From a virus (Duplodnaviria > Caudoviricetes), in IMG/VR virus record IMGVR_UViG_3300005937_000008, positions 8,267-72,266 of that record: a DNA stretch of 64,000 nucleotides. One strand, given 5' to 3'. Shown here piece after piece: positions 45,145 to 53,293 of the stretch. The notes beneath the pieces were generated by a model, which made no database searches, had not been told where the DNA came from, and was given only the letters and a program-made list of their open reading frames with translations. Positions within the stretch are counted from its first letter, which is position 1. Each line of letters opens with the position of its first letter. Both the position numbers and the translations under genes were made by a program.

Positions 45145-45380
45145 CAGTCCTCCCCCGGGATGCGGCCGTCGCGCAGGGCTTCGGCTTCCTCGCGGTACTC
45201 CTGGGCGTGCCGCAGGGCGATCGGGACGGTGGCCGCCGCCTGACGGCGCATGTTGTCGGACAGGGTGGGGTCGTTGGCGGCGGCCTTCGCGGACTCGGCG
45301 TTCCGGGCCGAACGGGCCGCGCACTTCTCGCGGTCGTCGGCCAGCTCGTTCATCTCGCGGCGGGACATGCCGGCCATCAC
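45141..45380 (-). CDS. Hypothetical protein
   Basis: Coupled ORF. Confidence 0.65.
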   Translation of the reverse strand: MMAGMSRREMNELADDREKCAARSARNAESAKAAANDPTLSDNMRRQAAATVPIALRHAQEYREEAEALRDGRIPGEDW

Positions 45381-45784
45381 CGACCACCGCCGACCACACG
45401 CCGCAGGTCGATGGCGGGCTGACCGAACAGCAGCGTCGCCCGGCCGGCCAGGCGCACGGTGCGGCCCATCCAGCCCTCAGCCTCAGCCAGGTCCTGCGCG
45501 TCAGCGATGATCAGAGCCTTGCCCGTGCCGTCCGCCGCGGTCATCGTCCCGTACAGGACGTCACCGACGACCGGCGACACGTAGTCGACCTTCACGTCGA
45601 CGACGAACAGGTGCTCGCCGATCTCATCCGCCAGCCACACACCCGCGTCCGTGCGGACGTGGCCGTCCGCGTTCAGGTGCGACAAGTAGCGCTCGCGGGC
45701 CTCGGGGGTGAACTGGCCCCGAGGACGAGGGGTGGCCTGGTGATCGACACCCGCACGGGTGCCACTAAGCTCTTGGGTAGCCAC
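45377..45784 (-). CDS. Hypothetical protein, first gene of the transfer operon
   Basis: GGAG RBS; codon bias. Confidence 0.65.
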   Translation of the reverse strand: MATQELSGTRAGVDHQATPRPRGQFTPEARERYLSHLNADGHVRTDAGVWLADEIGEHLFVVDVKVDYVSPVVGDVLYGTMTAADGTGKALIIADAQDLAEAEGWMGRTVRLAGRATLLFGQPAIDLRRVVGGGR

Positions 45785-45925
45785 AGGGTCTCCTAGATAG
45801 AACCTGGTGGTTAGGCCCTGGCCTGGGAGTGGAGTCCCGGAGCTGGGGCCGTCTTCGTTTGTGGGTGCAGCTGGTGGAGCAGCCGCTGAAGCTTCAGGCG
45901 GTGGAGCGCCCTCGGCTTCAACACC

Positions 45926-45996
45926 ATCCTGAAGCTAGTCTGAGCCTGTGTCAACACCCTATTGAGAAGTGGCGCGTTGACTTCTACTCTGGCCTC
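45926..45996. promoter_or_regulatory. Back-to-back promoters
   Basis: Leftward TTGACA(45949-45954)-N17-CAGGAT; rightward TTGAGA(45962-45967)-N17-TACTCT(45985-45990)-6 nt-ATG, i.e. leaderless. Confidence 0.72.
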
Positions 45997-46341
45997 ATGA
46001 CAGATGCGTTCACGGAGTCCCTGGAGGCGAAAGTCGCCGAAGTTGCAGCCATCGATGACCTGCTTACGCAGGGCCGCGCCGCTCTTGAAGCCCGCCAGAA
46101 ACTGGCGACGAGCGACCAGGCCCTCTATGTGATCCAGCAGGCAGCCGTACAAGGGCTGCGCCCAGGGCGCACGTGGGCCGAGGTCGGCGAACTGTTCGGG
46201 CGTAGCTATGCCTGGGCGGAAGCCATCGCCAAAGGGCGAAGTGCGAAACGGGGAAAGAGTGACCATGGCGCCGAGTCAACGCCTCGCGCGGGCGCGGCAG
46301 AAGGACACTCCCCCGACATGGAACCGCCAGAAGACGAGTAG
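45997..46341 (+). CDS. HTH regulator, leaderless
   Basis: GRTWAEVGELFGRSYAWAEAIAKG. Confidence 0.75.
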   Translation: MTDAFTESLEAKVAEVAAIDDLLTQGRAALEARQKLATSDQALYVIQQAAVQGLRPGRTWAEVGELFGRSYAWAEAIAKGRSAKRGKSDHGAESTPRAGAAEGHSPDMEPPEDE

Positions 46342-46413
46342 CTAGACATCGCGGCGACACCACCCTGTCGCCGCCCCGCCAGACCCGAGCGCCACGAGCA
46401 CGGGAGCCCGATA

Positions 46414-47052
46414 GTGGACGTCGTAGGGACGTGGACAGGCGAAACCGCATGCCTCCTTCAGCAGGCCATGCGGATGACCAACGAGGAGTTCGCCGAACGA
46501 CTCGGCCTGTCCGATCGGACCATCACCCGGTGGCACGCATCACCCGAGATGAGCCACCGACCCGAAGTGCAACAGATCCTCGACACGGCATACGAACAGG
46601 CAGGTGAGGCGGTGCAACGACGGTTCGCGCTCTTGCTGCGCCCCGCTGAGCCGCGCATGGAAGCGCAGGCCCTGCGGGTAGCGATAGCCGTCGTGCTGCG
46701 AGATGACGATGTGCTGCTGGTCTGCAGGCGCGGGGACGGCGAGCTGCGCTGGCAATTCCCGGCCGGCATGGTCAAGCCGGGCGCCGACCCGGCGACGACA
46801 GCGGTGCAGGAAACCCACGGCGAGACCGGCGTGCACTGCACCATCCGCGAGCACCTCGGCGAACGCATCCACCCGGTGACTGGGGTTATCGCTGAATACC
46901 ACCTCTGCGATTTCCTGGCCGGCGATGCCACCAACCGAGACCCGCTGGAGAACGTAGACGTGACCTGGGTTCCGCGCGCAGCCGTCACCCGCTTCATTCC
47001 GCAACACCAGATCTACCCGCCCATCCTGAGCGCCCTGGAGGTAGCTGCATGA
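46414..47052 (+). CDS. XRE-HTH fused to a degenerate NUDIX domain
   Basis: MTNEEFAERLGLSDRTITRW; Nudix box GMVKPGADPATTAVQETHGETG lacks key E, R and E residues. Confidence 0.82.
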   Translation: MDVVGTWTGETACLLQQAMRMTNEEFAERLGLSDRTITRWHASPEMSHRPEVQQILDTAYEQAGEAVQRRFALLLRPAEPRMEAQALRVAIAVVLRDDDVLLVCRRGDGELRWQFPAGMVKPGADPATTAVQETHGETGVHCTIREHLGERIHPVTGVIAEYHLCDFLAGDATNRDPLENVDVTWVPRAAVTRFIPQHQIYPPILSALEVAA

Positions 47053-47459
47053 CCGAGACGACGACCGAGAAGCCGGGCATCTCCGCCGCGATCATCGTGA
47101 AGGATGGCGCTGTGCTCATGGTTCGGCGCCGCGTCGGCGAGGGCGAACTGCTCTGGCAGTTCCCTGCGGGCGCGATCGAGCCGGGTGAGGCGGCCACGGA
47201 CGCGGCGGTGCGCGAGACCGACGAGGAGACCGGCCTGACGGTGAAGGCGCTGCGCCTGCTCGGCGAGCGCGTGCACCCGAAGACCGGCCGGCTCATGTCG
47301 TACACCGCCTGCGAGCCGGTATCCGGCGAGGCCCGCGTCGCGGACGACGACGAGTTGGACGCGATCGCCTGGGTCTCCCTCGCCGAAATCCCCGACTACG
47401 TCCCCTACGGCCTGTACGGGCCGGTGCAGGAGTACCTCGACGAGGTGCTCAGCGCGTGA
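47049..47459 (+). CDS. NUDIX hydrolase
   Basis: Intact box GAIEPGEAATDAAVRETDEETGL. Confidence 0.9.
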   Translation: MTETTTEKPGISAAIIVKDGAVLMVRRRVGEGELLWQFPAGAIEPGEAATDAAVRETDEETGLTVKALRLLGERVHPKTGRLMSYTACEPVSGEARVADDDELDAIAWVSLAEIPDYVPYGLYGPVQEYLDEVLSA

Positions 47460-47761
47460 GGGAACACATGTACCGGCCTGACGCCGGGCGTACCAGCCTG
47501 TACCGCATCTGCGACGGAAGCGGCCAGTTGCTGTACGTCGGGATCGCCACCGACCCGGAGAGGCGCGTCAACGTGCACCGCTGGGATACGACCAAGAAGT
47601 GGCGCCGCGAGATCGCCGAGTTCCGTGCGGAGTGGTTCGACACGCGGTGCGAGGCAGAGAAGGCCGAAGTGTCCGCCATCCGGAGCGAGCGCCCGCTCCA
47701 CAACCGGAGATACCACCCGGACTACGGCGACGCCCCGTGGAGTAGCAACACGGCGGCGTGA
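47456..47761 (+). CDS. Minimal GIY-YIG nuclease
   Basis: SLYRI...LLYVGIATDPERRVNVH...E..AI..ERPLHN. Confidence 0.85.
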   Translation: MREHMYRPDAGRTSLYRICDGSGQLLYVGIATDPERRVNVHRWDTTKKWRREIAEFRAEWFDTRCEAEKAEVSAIRSERPLHNRRYHPDYGDAPWSSNTAA

Positions 47762-47875
47762 CAGAACAGCGGCCGGGCCTCCCGTGTTCGAGCACGAGAG
47801 CCGGCCGCTGCAACAACCGGCGAGCGCGAACTCGCCGATCACGAAACCCACCCTTCGAAGAGATGAGGTTCACCT

Positions 47876-48178
47876 ATGACTCTAGCGCCTGAGACCTCTG
47901 CGGCGCCTGCGGCTTCCGTCACGCCGGATCGCATCCTTGACGCCCCACTCAGCCAGCTGCTGACCGAGACGGGTGTCGAGCTCATCGACAGCTCCATCAG
48001 TGACCGGGAGTTCTTCGGGGCCGTTGTTCAGCGGAAGAATGGTGAGCTGCTGCTCACGATGCCGACCGGTCGTAGCGAGCTGGAGCACGACACCGTCGCC
48101 CGGTATCTCCTGGCCCAGGTCTTCGACGTCGAACTCCCGCAACTGCCGCCGCCGTTCGTCACGACGACTGCGGCCTGA
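47876..48178 (+). CDS. Hypothetical protein resembling the N-terminal part of ImmA/IrrE-type proteins
   Basis: FFGAVVQR...LLLTMP.GR...EHDTVARYLL; no HExxH. Confidence 0.6.
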   Translation: MTLAPETSAAPAASVTPDRILDAPLSQLLTETGVELIDSSISDREFFGAVVQRKNGELLLTMPTGRSELEHDTVARYLLAQVFDVELPQLPPPFVTTTAA

Positions 48179-48205
48179 TTATCAGTCCCCGCTCGTAGAG
48201 TCGAA

Positions 48206-48244
48206 ACGCCGGGCCTGCTCAGACGAAGTGAGCGGGCCCGGCGT
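48206..48244. terminator. Hairpin between island genes
   Basis: ACGCCGGGCCTGCTCA / TGAGCGGGCCCGGCGT. Confidence 0.6.
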
Positions 48245-48277
48245 GCACGATCATCCCATCTCACTGAAGGACACGCA

Positions 48278-48802
48278 TTGACTCGTCACCTGCAAGTCGT
48301 GCCCGAGTTCAAGGACACGCTCGATCGGCCGGCCTGGTGGTTCCAGGAGCAGTGGCTGTGGTTCCACACTGACTGGTCGAAGGTCCGCAAGCCGATGACC
48401 GAGGAAACCCTGAGGTGGGCCTACGCCCGCGAGGGCATCCCGTATCCGGACGACGTTCAGCCGGAGCCCGAGCCCTCCATTTCCGTCGACACTCCTCCCC
48501 CGCCGCCGAAGCGGAAGGCGGTCACCGCCGAGTCGCACACTTACCTGATCGAGGCGGAAGGCTCCCACCTGGTGAAGATCGGTATCGCCAGCGATCCGGT
48601 GCGTCGACTGCGGGAGCTTCAGACGGGTCAGCCGATGGAGCTCCGCTTGCTGTGGTCTATCGCCGGGGACTACGAACACGACTTGCATGTCCACTTCGCC
48701 GCCCACCGTGTGCGCGGCGAGTGGTTCGATCTGACATCTCTCGGTGATCCGGTAGACGTCGTGAAGGCGGCTGTCGGTGAGATCGAAGTATCGCGCGCGT
48801 AG
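48278..48802 (+). CDS. GIY-YIG protein, T5orf172/Meiotically-upregulated-113 type
   Basis: TYLI...VKIGIASDPVRRLRELQTG...HR.RGEWF. Confidence 0.85.
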   Translation: MTRHLQVVPEFKDTLDRPAWWFQEQWLWFHTDWSKVRKPMTEETLRWAYAREGIPYPDDVQPEPEPSISVDTPPPPPKRKAVTAESHTYLIEAEGSHLVKIGIASDPVRRLRELQTGQPMELRLLWSIAGDYEHDLHVHFAAHRVRGEWFDLTSLGDPVDVVKAAVGEIEVSRA

Positions 48803-48814
48803 CCGCACACGAAT

Positions 48815-48846
48815 CGGCCCCCACACCCGTTTGGGTGTGGGGGCCG
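48815..48846. terminator. Bidirectional terminator at the right edge of the island
   Basis: CGGCCCCCACACCC-gttt-GGGTGTGGGGGCCG, 14-bp stem. Confidence 0.85.
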
Positions 48847-48959
48847 TCGTCTTGCCGCGGACCTGCGCCTCCTCCGCCGTCTTCGCCTCCGCGCGATGGC
48901 GAACACCGTGTTGGTGCCGGCTGCGGCGGTGAGGGCGGCGGCGGTGATGAGCCAGCCGG

Positions 48960-49199
48960 TCACTCGCCCTCCCGTTCCAGTGTCTTGCCGGTCAATGCGA
49001 GGACGACGAGCCGCATGTCGCAGAGGTCGACGATGCGTTCTGCCCAGTCGAGGGTGAGGGTGGCTTTGCCGGTGAGCATCATATTCATGTGCTTGGTGGA
49101 CAGGCCGAGTTGGCGGCAGGCCTCGGCTTGGCTGATGCCGGCGGTGTCGAGTGCGGCCCGGACCTGGGTGCGGAGGTCCCGTTCCGCCGTGCCGGTCAC
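48960..49199 (-). CDS. XRE-family HTH protein
   Basis: GISQAEACRQLGLSTKHMNMMLTGK. Confidence 0.8.
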   Translation of the reverse strand: MTGTAERDLRTQVRAALDTAGISQAEACRQLGLSTKHMNMMLTGKATLTLDWAERIVDLCDMRLVVLALTGKTLEREGE

Positions 49200-49669
49200 T
49201 CGCCGGCCTTCTCGCCGTCGAACCAGCGCCTGTCGTCGGCGGCACACTCGGCGATCGACGGCCCGTCGTCGCCGGCCGGCTTGTCCACGGCCGCCGGCTC
49301 CGCCTGTTCCCCCAGCTGCTCGAGTACTTTCGCGAGTTCGTCGTCGAGCCCCCGCAGCAGTCGTGCGTCGTGGTCGTCGAGCCGTCCGGCGGTCTGCTCG
49401 TGGAGGCTGCGGATGGCGTCGGCGTGGATGCGGGCGATCGCCGCCAGCGTGCCCGGGTCGGGGGCGTCCGCGCTGGCGGCGGGGTTGTCCGGGGTTCCCA
49501 GGGTGTCCCGGTACTGGTCGAATGCGGCCCCGATGACGGGCATGATCCGGCTGGCGATGCTGCCGGGCGTCCAGTAGGCGACGGGAAGGGCCTCGAGGGT
49601 TGCGACGATCTGCTCGCGCAGGCCGGCCGGGGCCAGGTGGAAGTGCGGGGCGGATGCCTGATCGGTCAC
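49196..49669 (-). CDS. Hypothetical protein
   Basis: GTGA-coupled ORF. Confidence 0.65.
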   Translation of the reverse strand: MTDQASAPHFHLAPAGLREQIVATLEALPVAYWTPGSIASRIMPVIGAAFDQYRDTLGTPDNPAASADAPDPGTLAAIARIHADAIRSLHEQTAGRLDDHDARLLRGLDDELAKVLEQLGEQAEPAAVDKPAGDDGPSIAECAADDRRWFDGEKAGE

Positions 49670-50103
49670 GGCTGCTCCTGGCTGTCGTCGAGGATGTTGA
49701 GGATGGCGGCGGCTGCCGGATGCGTTTCGCCGGGGCGGACGGTGGCCTGCCAGCGGCCGGCGAGGGCACGGAGTTGTCCGGTGGCCGCGGACAGGCGGGT
49801 GACCTCGTCGGCGAGGGCGCGCCTGTCTCGGTCGACGATGGTGAGGACGGTGTCTGCGTCTGCGCCGTAGACGATCAGGTCGTGGGGGTGGGCGTCGGCC
49901 CATCGGCGGCCGGGGTTGCTGTGCTCGTAGAGGGCGGCGGCGATCTGCTGCCGCAGCGGGTTGTCCGCCGTGCCGCTGCTGGTGGCGGGGTTGTCCGGGG
50001 TTGTCCGGGCGGGTGGGTCGGTGGCCTGCCAGCAGCCGATGGGCGGGTCGGGTGCCCAGTAGCCGGTGAGGTCGTCGGGTTGTACGTCGTCGGGGTCGGT
50101 CAT
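49666..50103 (-). CDS. Hypothetical protein
   Basis: ATGA-coupled; LRQQIAAALY. Confidence 0.65.
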   Translation of the reverse strand: MTDPDDVQPDDLTGYWAPDPPIGCWQATDPPARTTPDNPATSSGTADNPLRQQIAAALYEHSNPGRRWADAHPHDLIVYGADADTVLTIVDRDRRALADEVTRLSAATGQLRALAGRWQATVRPGETHPAAAAILNILDDSQEQP

Positions 50104-50492
50104 CGTCCCTCCTGGTCGGGGCAGTTGATGGTCCGGCAGCCGTCGTGCAGGTAGCAGCCGTGGACGCAGCGGGGCCGGTTGTAGTCGGGCTCGGCGTCCC
50201 GTTGCGGGGCGTGGCGGACGCTGTCGTAGGTCGGCCGCTTGTGCCAGCCGGCGGGCTCGTCTTGGGTGTCGGGGTCCCAGGTGGCGATGGCGGCTTTCAC
50301 GGCGGCCGGGTCGCGCGGGTAGCACCAGCCGTAGTCGTATCCCCACTCGCCGGCCTCCCCGCGAGGGACGGCGATGACCCGGATGTTGAAGCCCTGCCAC
50401 AGCCACAGGTACCGGTGGGTGTCGTCGGCGGCGAGCTCCTCGCCCTGCCAGTGCTCGTCGGTGATCGGCTTGGGGTGGTGGGTGACGGTCAT
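50100..50492 (-). CDS. Hypothetical protein (GWCYP...DEPAGWHK)
   Basis: ATGA-coupled ORF. Confidence 0.68.
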   Translation of the reverse strand: MTVTHHPKPITDEHWQGEELAADDTHRYLWLWQGFNIRVIAVPRGEAGEWGYDYGWCYPRDPAAVKAAIATWDPDTQDEPAGWHKRPTYDSVRHAPQRDAEPDYNRPRCVHGCYLHDGCRTINCPDQEGR

Positions 50493-50863
50493 GCTGCGGG
50501 TCGTCCTTCCCTGGTGGCGGCGTTGATCTGGTCGCGGATGGCTTCGTAGCCGGCGAGCCGGTTTCGCCAGCTGGTCGGCTCGGGTCCGGTCTTGCCGAAG
50601 TGGGCCCGTAGTTCGGCAACGAGGGTGTCGTCGCCCGGGTTTTCGTCGTCGTGGCCGAGGGCTTCGCACAGGACGTCGCGGAAGCGGTCGGCGGCTCCGG
50701 CTGCGGTCTGCTTGGCCTGGCATTGGTCGTCGAGTTCGCCGTGCAGGGCGTCGATGTGGTCAATGCCTTCGCGCAGCCGTTCGGCTTCGGCGGCGGTGAG
50801 TTGTCCGCGGCTGGCCCGGTCGGCGAGGTTGCGGAGCTGGTCGAGGGTGGGTGGCCTGGTCAC
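50489..50863 (-). CDS. Hypothetical protein
   Basis: Coupled ORF. Confidence 0.68.
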   Translation of the reverse strand: MTRPPTLDQLRNLADRASRGQLTAAEAERLREGIDHIDALHGELDDQCQAKQTAAGAADRFRDVLCEALGHDDENPGDDTLVAELRAHFGKTGPEPTSWRNRLAGYEAIRDQINAATREGRPAA

Positions 50864-51138
50864 AGGATCTCCCCGGTCACGTTGACGGCTTCAACTGCCC
50901 TGGTCCGGTTGTCGCGGATCCGCTGCCAGGTGCGCCGGGGCCGTACCGCCAGCAGCAGGAGGCCTTCGGTGGCGAGGATGGCCTGTCCGATCCACCAGCG
51001 TGCGTGCCGCCAGGCCGGATTGTCGGGGGCGACGATGAGCCACATCGCCCACTCACAGATCCGGTCGCCGGGGCGGTGCCGGCAGGTGAGGTAGCCGGCG
51101 GTGAACGCGACGGCGGCGGTCACGGCGAGGACGGTCAC
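50860..51138 (-). CDS. Small membrane protein
   Basis: N-terminal TM. Confidence 0.62.
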   Translation of the reverse strand: MTVLAVTAAVAFTAGYLTCRHRPGDRICEWAMWLIVAPDNPAWRHARWWIGQAILATEGLLLLAVRPRRTWQRIRDNRTRAVEAVNVTGEIL

Positions 51139-51329
51139 GGCTGCCTCCCCTGCTGTGCTCGGCCGACGGGTTTCGGTTTCCCGTCGGCGCCGACCAGCCC
51201 GTCGGCCATCGCCCGGGTGCGCAGGCTGATCAACAGCGCCTGGCGGGTGGTTTCGCCGGTGCGGGTGTAGAGGGCGAGGAGCCGGGCGAACTCGTCGTCG
51301 AGCTGCAGGTGGAGTTGGCGGGCGGTCAC
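51135..51329 (-). CDS. Small hypothetical protein, RHH-like
   Basis: QLHLQLDDEFARLL. Confidence 0.55.
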   Translation of the reverse strand: MTARQLHLQLDDEFARLLALYTRTGETTRQALLISLRTRAMADGLVGADGKPKPVGRAQQGRQP

Positions 51330-51481
51330 AGGTACTCCTGGTCGGCGATCGGTATGTCTTCGATGTGGGCGCGCTCTACGTCGGTGAGCTGGCCGTGCAG
51401 ATCCCACGGCTGGAGCGGGGGCATGGTGCCGGGCACGGGGTCGTGGTCGCCGCAGGGCTCGGGCTGCATGTCGGCGGTCAC
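51326..51481 (-). CDS. Small hypothetical protein
   Basis: Hand-translated; GTGA overlaps at both ends. Confidence 0.5.
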   Translation of the reverse strand: MTADMQPEPCGDHDPVPGTMPPLQPWDLHGQLTDVERAHIEDIPIADQEYL

Positions 51482-51690
51482 GGCTGACCTCCGTTGATCG
51501 CGCGGGCGAGTCGGAGCATGCGGCGGTGGCGGCCGTCGGTCTCCTGGATCGTGGCCTCGCGGTCGAACTCCAGCACGGAGAAGGACTCAAGGACCTTGGC
51601 GAGCGGGTCGGCGATATGGGGTGGGACGATCCCGGCTTGGTGTCGCAGCTTCTGGGCGGCGTTCATGATCTCGTCGGCGGGGTGGGTCAT
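51478..51690 (-). CDS. Hypothetical protein
   Basis: Coupled ORF. Confidence 0.62.
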   Translation of the reverse strand: MTHPADEIMNAAQKLRHQAGIVPPHIADPLAKVLESFSVLEFDREATIQETDGRHRRMLRLARAINGGQP

Positions 51691-51728
51691 GTGGGTGCTC
51701 CGGTGGTTGGTGGTGCCGTCGGGCGGGG

Positions 51729-52061
51729 TCAGGCTTCGGCTCCGCAGGTGCGGCAGGCGAACCCGGCAGGCGGTTTGTCCATGCAGACGAAGCAGCCGGG
51801 CGCGGTGAGGAGTTGCTCAGGGCGGAGCCCGAACACGGCGGCCAGGGCTACGAGGTCGTCGACGATGACGGCGACGGCTGGGCGGTCGGGGTCGCGGTTG
51901 CGTTCGATGCGGCCGATGGTGAGGTAGCCGACGGGTTTGCCTGCGGCCTCGGTCTGACGTCCGACCTCGCGGAGGGACCAGCCGCGTGCGGTGCGCAGGG
52001 CGTGGATGTGGGCGCCGACGATGCGGGAGACGGGGAGGTCTTCGGCGAGACGGGGCGGCAT
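51729..52061 (-). CDS. XRE HTH with C-terminal Zn ribbon
   Basis: LRTARGWSLREV...IGRIE; CFVC..CRTCG. Confidence 0.8.
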   Translation of the reverse strand: MPPRLAEDLPVSRIVGAHIHALRTARGWSLREVGRQTEAAGKPVGYLTIGRIERNRDPDRPAVAVIVDDLVALAAVFGLRPEQLLTAPGCFVCMDKPPAGFACRTCGAEA

Positions 52062-52077
52062 CAGGCTGCTTCCTGGC

Positions 52078-52560
52078 TCAGGCGGTGATCGTGTGGACGG
52101 TGATTCCGGCGGCTTCGGCGAGCCGCATGCAGCCGCGGGTGCCGACGTTGCGCTGGCCGGGTTCGGGGAACGCGACCATCCATGCGGGCCGCGGGAGCTT
52201 GGCGACCATGCCCGCGTTGCGGCGCGGCCCGGCACCGGGGCAGTAGTCGTCGAGCAGGCCGGGGTGAGCGACGTCGCCGGGTTTCTTCCGTCGCCGATGC
52301 CCGGGGCCGGGAGGGCAGTTGGGGGCGCAGTTGTCCCAGTCGGCGGGCATCGGGTCTTCGCTGACGCCGAACCGGCCGCCGAGCTCGTTGACCCAGTCGG
52401 AGGCGGCCTGGTCGGCGGAGTGTTCGCCGGGGCAGGCGCCGTGACGGACGATCACCGGGCCGTCGGCGATGTTGACGGCAATGTCGAACAAGGCGGCGGG
52501 GACGACGCCGGGCTCGGTGAGGTGGCGGGAGCCGGCGAGGAGGATCACGGTGGCGTTCAC
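52078..52560 (-). CDS. SLOG/YspA-like nucleotide-binding protein
   Basis: LLAGSR, VRHGAC..AD, PADW, AGPRRNA.M, AFP, GT..CM..A..AGI. Confidence 0.75.
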   Translation of the reverse strand: MNATVILLAGSRHLTEPGVVPAALFDIAVNIADGPVIVRHGACPGEHSADQAASDWVNELGGRFGVSEDPMPADWDNCAPNCPPGPGHRRRKKPGDVAHPGLLDDYCPGAGPRRNAGMVAKLPRPAWMVAFPEPGQRNVGTRGCMRLAEAAGITVHTITA

Positions 52561-52937
52561 GCGGGCTCCTCCGGGAGTTCGATGCGGGCGGTGACGATCA
52601 GCCGGGTGCCGGGCGGGAAGTTCTTGGCGTCGGCCCAGAACCCGGGCCCGGACTCGATGCCGTGGTGGGCCTTGCCGGGATCGCCTTCGGGCCCCCAGTA
52701 GTTGCCGAGGAGCTTCGGCTGGCCGTCGCAGCCGGTGCGATACCTGGGGTGCAGCTCCAAGACGACGGCCTGTTCCTGGTTGTCCTGGGTCAGGTACTCG
52801 TCGGGCTTGTCGTGCTTGATGCACTTCCATGCGCTGTTGACGGTGTCGAGGTCGCGGCGGGCGGTGTACTCGATGTCGCGGTAGGTGCGGCAGCCGGACT
52901 GGGTGCAGGTCTGCCGGTGGGTTCGGCGGCGGCTCAT
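52557..52937 (-). CDS. Hypothetical protein with Zn motif
   Basis: CTQSGC...WKCIKH. Confidence 0.68.
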   Translation of the reverse strand: MSRRRTHRQTCTQSGCRTYRDIEYTARRDLDTVNSAWKCIKHDKPDEYLTQDNQEQAVVLELHPRYRTGCDGQPKLLGNYWGPEGDPGKAHHGIESGPGFWADAKNFPPGTRLIVTARIELPEEPA

Positions 52938-53293
52938 GCGGCTTCCTTGTCGGTTCGGGCCCACGAGGGCGCTGTACGGGCCTGAGAGGCGCTGGGGCGA
53001 GTCGGTGCGGGAAAAGGGTCGCCGGGTGCCTGCGGGGCGCTCCAGCGCGGAACCGTCGGGCGGGCCGGGCCTGTTGCGGGCGATCCAGCGGGCAGCACGG
53101 GAGCCGAGCGAAGCCACAGACGCCCGTCTGCGGGCCTGGGAGCGTCCCGGACGGGGCGGAAGCCGCACAGACCCCTGAGAGCCGCCCACAGCCACCGCCA
53201 CGCCCCCAACAGCGGCCAGTCCTGCCCGTGGTGGCCGCACGCGAGCGCCGCGAACGCGATGGTGCAGGCGAGATAGGCTGCGAGGCCCGTCAC
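52934..53293 (-). CDS. Hypothetical membrane protein
   Basis: N-terminal TM; coupled ORF. Confidence 0.55.
   Translation of the reverse strand: MTGLAAYLACTIAFAALACGHHGQDWPLLGAWRWLWAALRGLCGFRPVRDAPRPADGRLWLRSAPVLPAGSPATGPARPTVPRWSAPQAPGDPFPAPTRPSASQARTAPSWARTDKEAA

Larger units (their letters stand above)
38601..45784 (-). mobile_element. Plasmid/AICE-like conjugative transfer and spread (tra/spd) module embedded in the phage
   Basis: FtsK-like ATPase, DUF2637/SpdA-like membrane protein and many small TM/Zn proteins, with its own promoter and terminator. Confidence 0.7.

Noticed and set aside
45811-46266. 151-aa minus-strand ORF across the switch region
   Set aside because: Overlaps the leaderless HTH gene and both promoters; at most its last ~36 codons could be a leader peptide
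48670-48963. TM + poly-Arg ORF (MTGWLITAAAL...RRRRRRRRRR)
   Set aside because: It runs through the strong terminator into the antisense strand of the GIY-YIG gene; probably a truncated remnant, so no function is claimed
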